A stretch of 5,875 nt of DNA, taken from IMG/VR virus record IMGVR_UViG_2778261251_000017; one strand, written 5' to 3'. Every line of letters begins with the position of its first letter. The stretch's first letter is position 1. The DNA comes from a virus. Its lineage: Duplodnaviria; Heunggongvirae; Uroviricota; Caudoviricetes. Both the position numbers and the translations under genes were made by a program. Under the pieces are notes generated by a model. It saw nothing but the letters and a program-made list of their open reading frames with translations. It did not search any database and was not told where the DNA came from. This document shows positions 5,859-5,875 of the stretch, piece by piece.

Positions 5859-5875
5859 TTTCTGGTGACGTTTGG
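5859..5875 (+). ncRNA. dicF: 5-prime end of a DicF-like sRNA (first 17 nt only; continues beyond window end)
   Basis: TTTCTGGTGACGTTTGG matches the 5-prime end of E. coli DicF as I recall it (UUUCUGGUGACGUUUGGCGGUAUCAG...). The position downstream of a dicA / ydfA-type operon is as in Qin. It is preceded by a GC-rich, hairpin-rich leader. Confidence 0.5.

Noticed and set aside
5700-5875. GC-rich structured region considered as tRNA or tmRNA
   Set aside because: No cloverleaf or T-loop (GTTCRA) features and no match to the ssrA sequence I recall. The 3-prime end instead matches the DicF start.
1-5875. Initial impression of a P4-like satellite or PICI
   Set aside because: No P4 genes (alpha primase, sid, psu, delta) are recognisable. 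The cro / CI-like repressor / O-like initiator organisation with dicF is lambdoid-prophage-like.

Overview
This window reads as the immunity and early-replication region of a lambdoid (Qin/DicA-type) enterobacterial prophage, with the end of an IS3-family insertion sequence at its left edge. All family assignments come from reading the ORF translations and from memory of the families; no database search or exact computation was run. Left to right: IS end (1-77); a short palindrome-rich non-coding stretch; a visibly AT-rich 495-aa P-loop NTPase gene on the minus strand (284-1771), which is my lead candidate for an uncharacterised phage-defence or abortive-infection determinant; then phage backbone on the minus strand: a 131-aa protein (2114-2509), an O-like replication initiator (2550-3515) with an iteron-type origin inside its coding sequence, an unknown 173-aa protein in the CII position, and a DicC-type Cro (4001-4228). 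Divergent from cro is a DicA-like repressor (4309-4716) flanked on both sides by TGTTAGA-N4-TCTAACA operator palindromes. Downstream on the plus strand are a ydfA-like 50-aa gene, a 121-aa unknown gene, a convergent 66-aa unknown gene, and the first 17 nt of what I recognise as the DicF sRNA at the window edge. No helicase-loader gene (P or DnaC-like) is present where one is expected.
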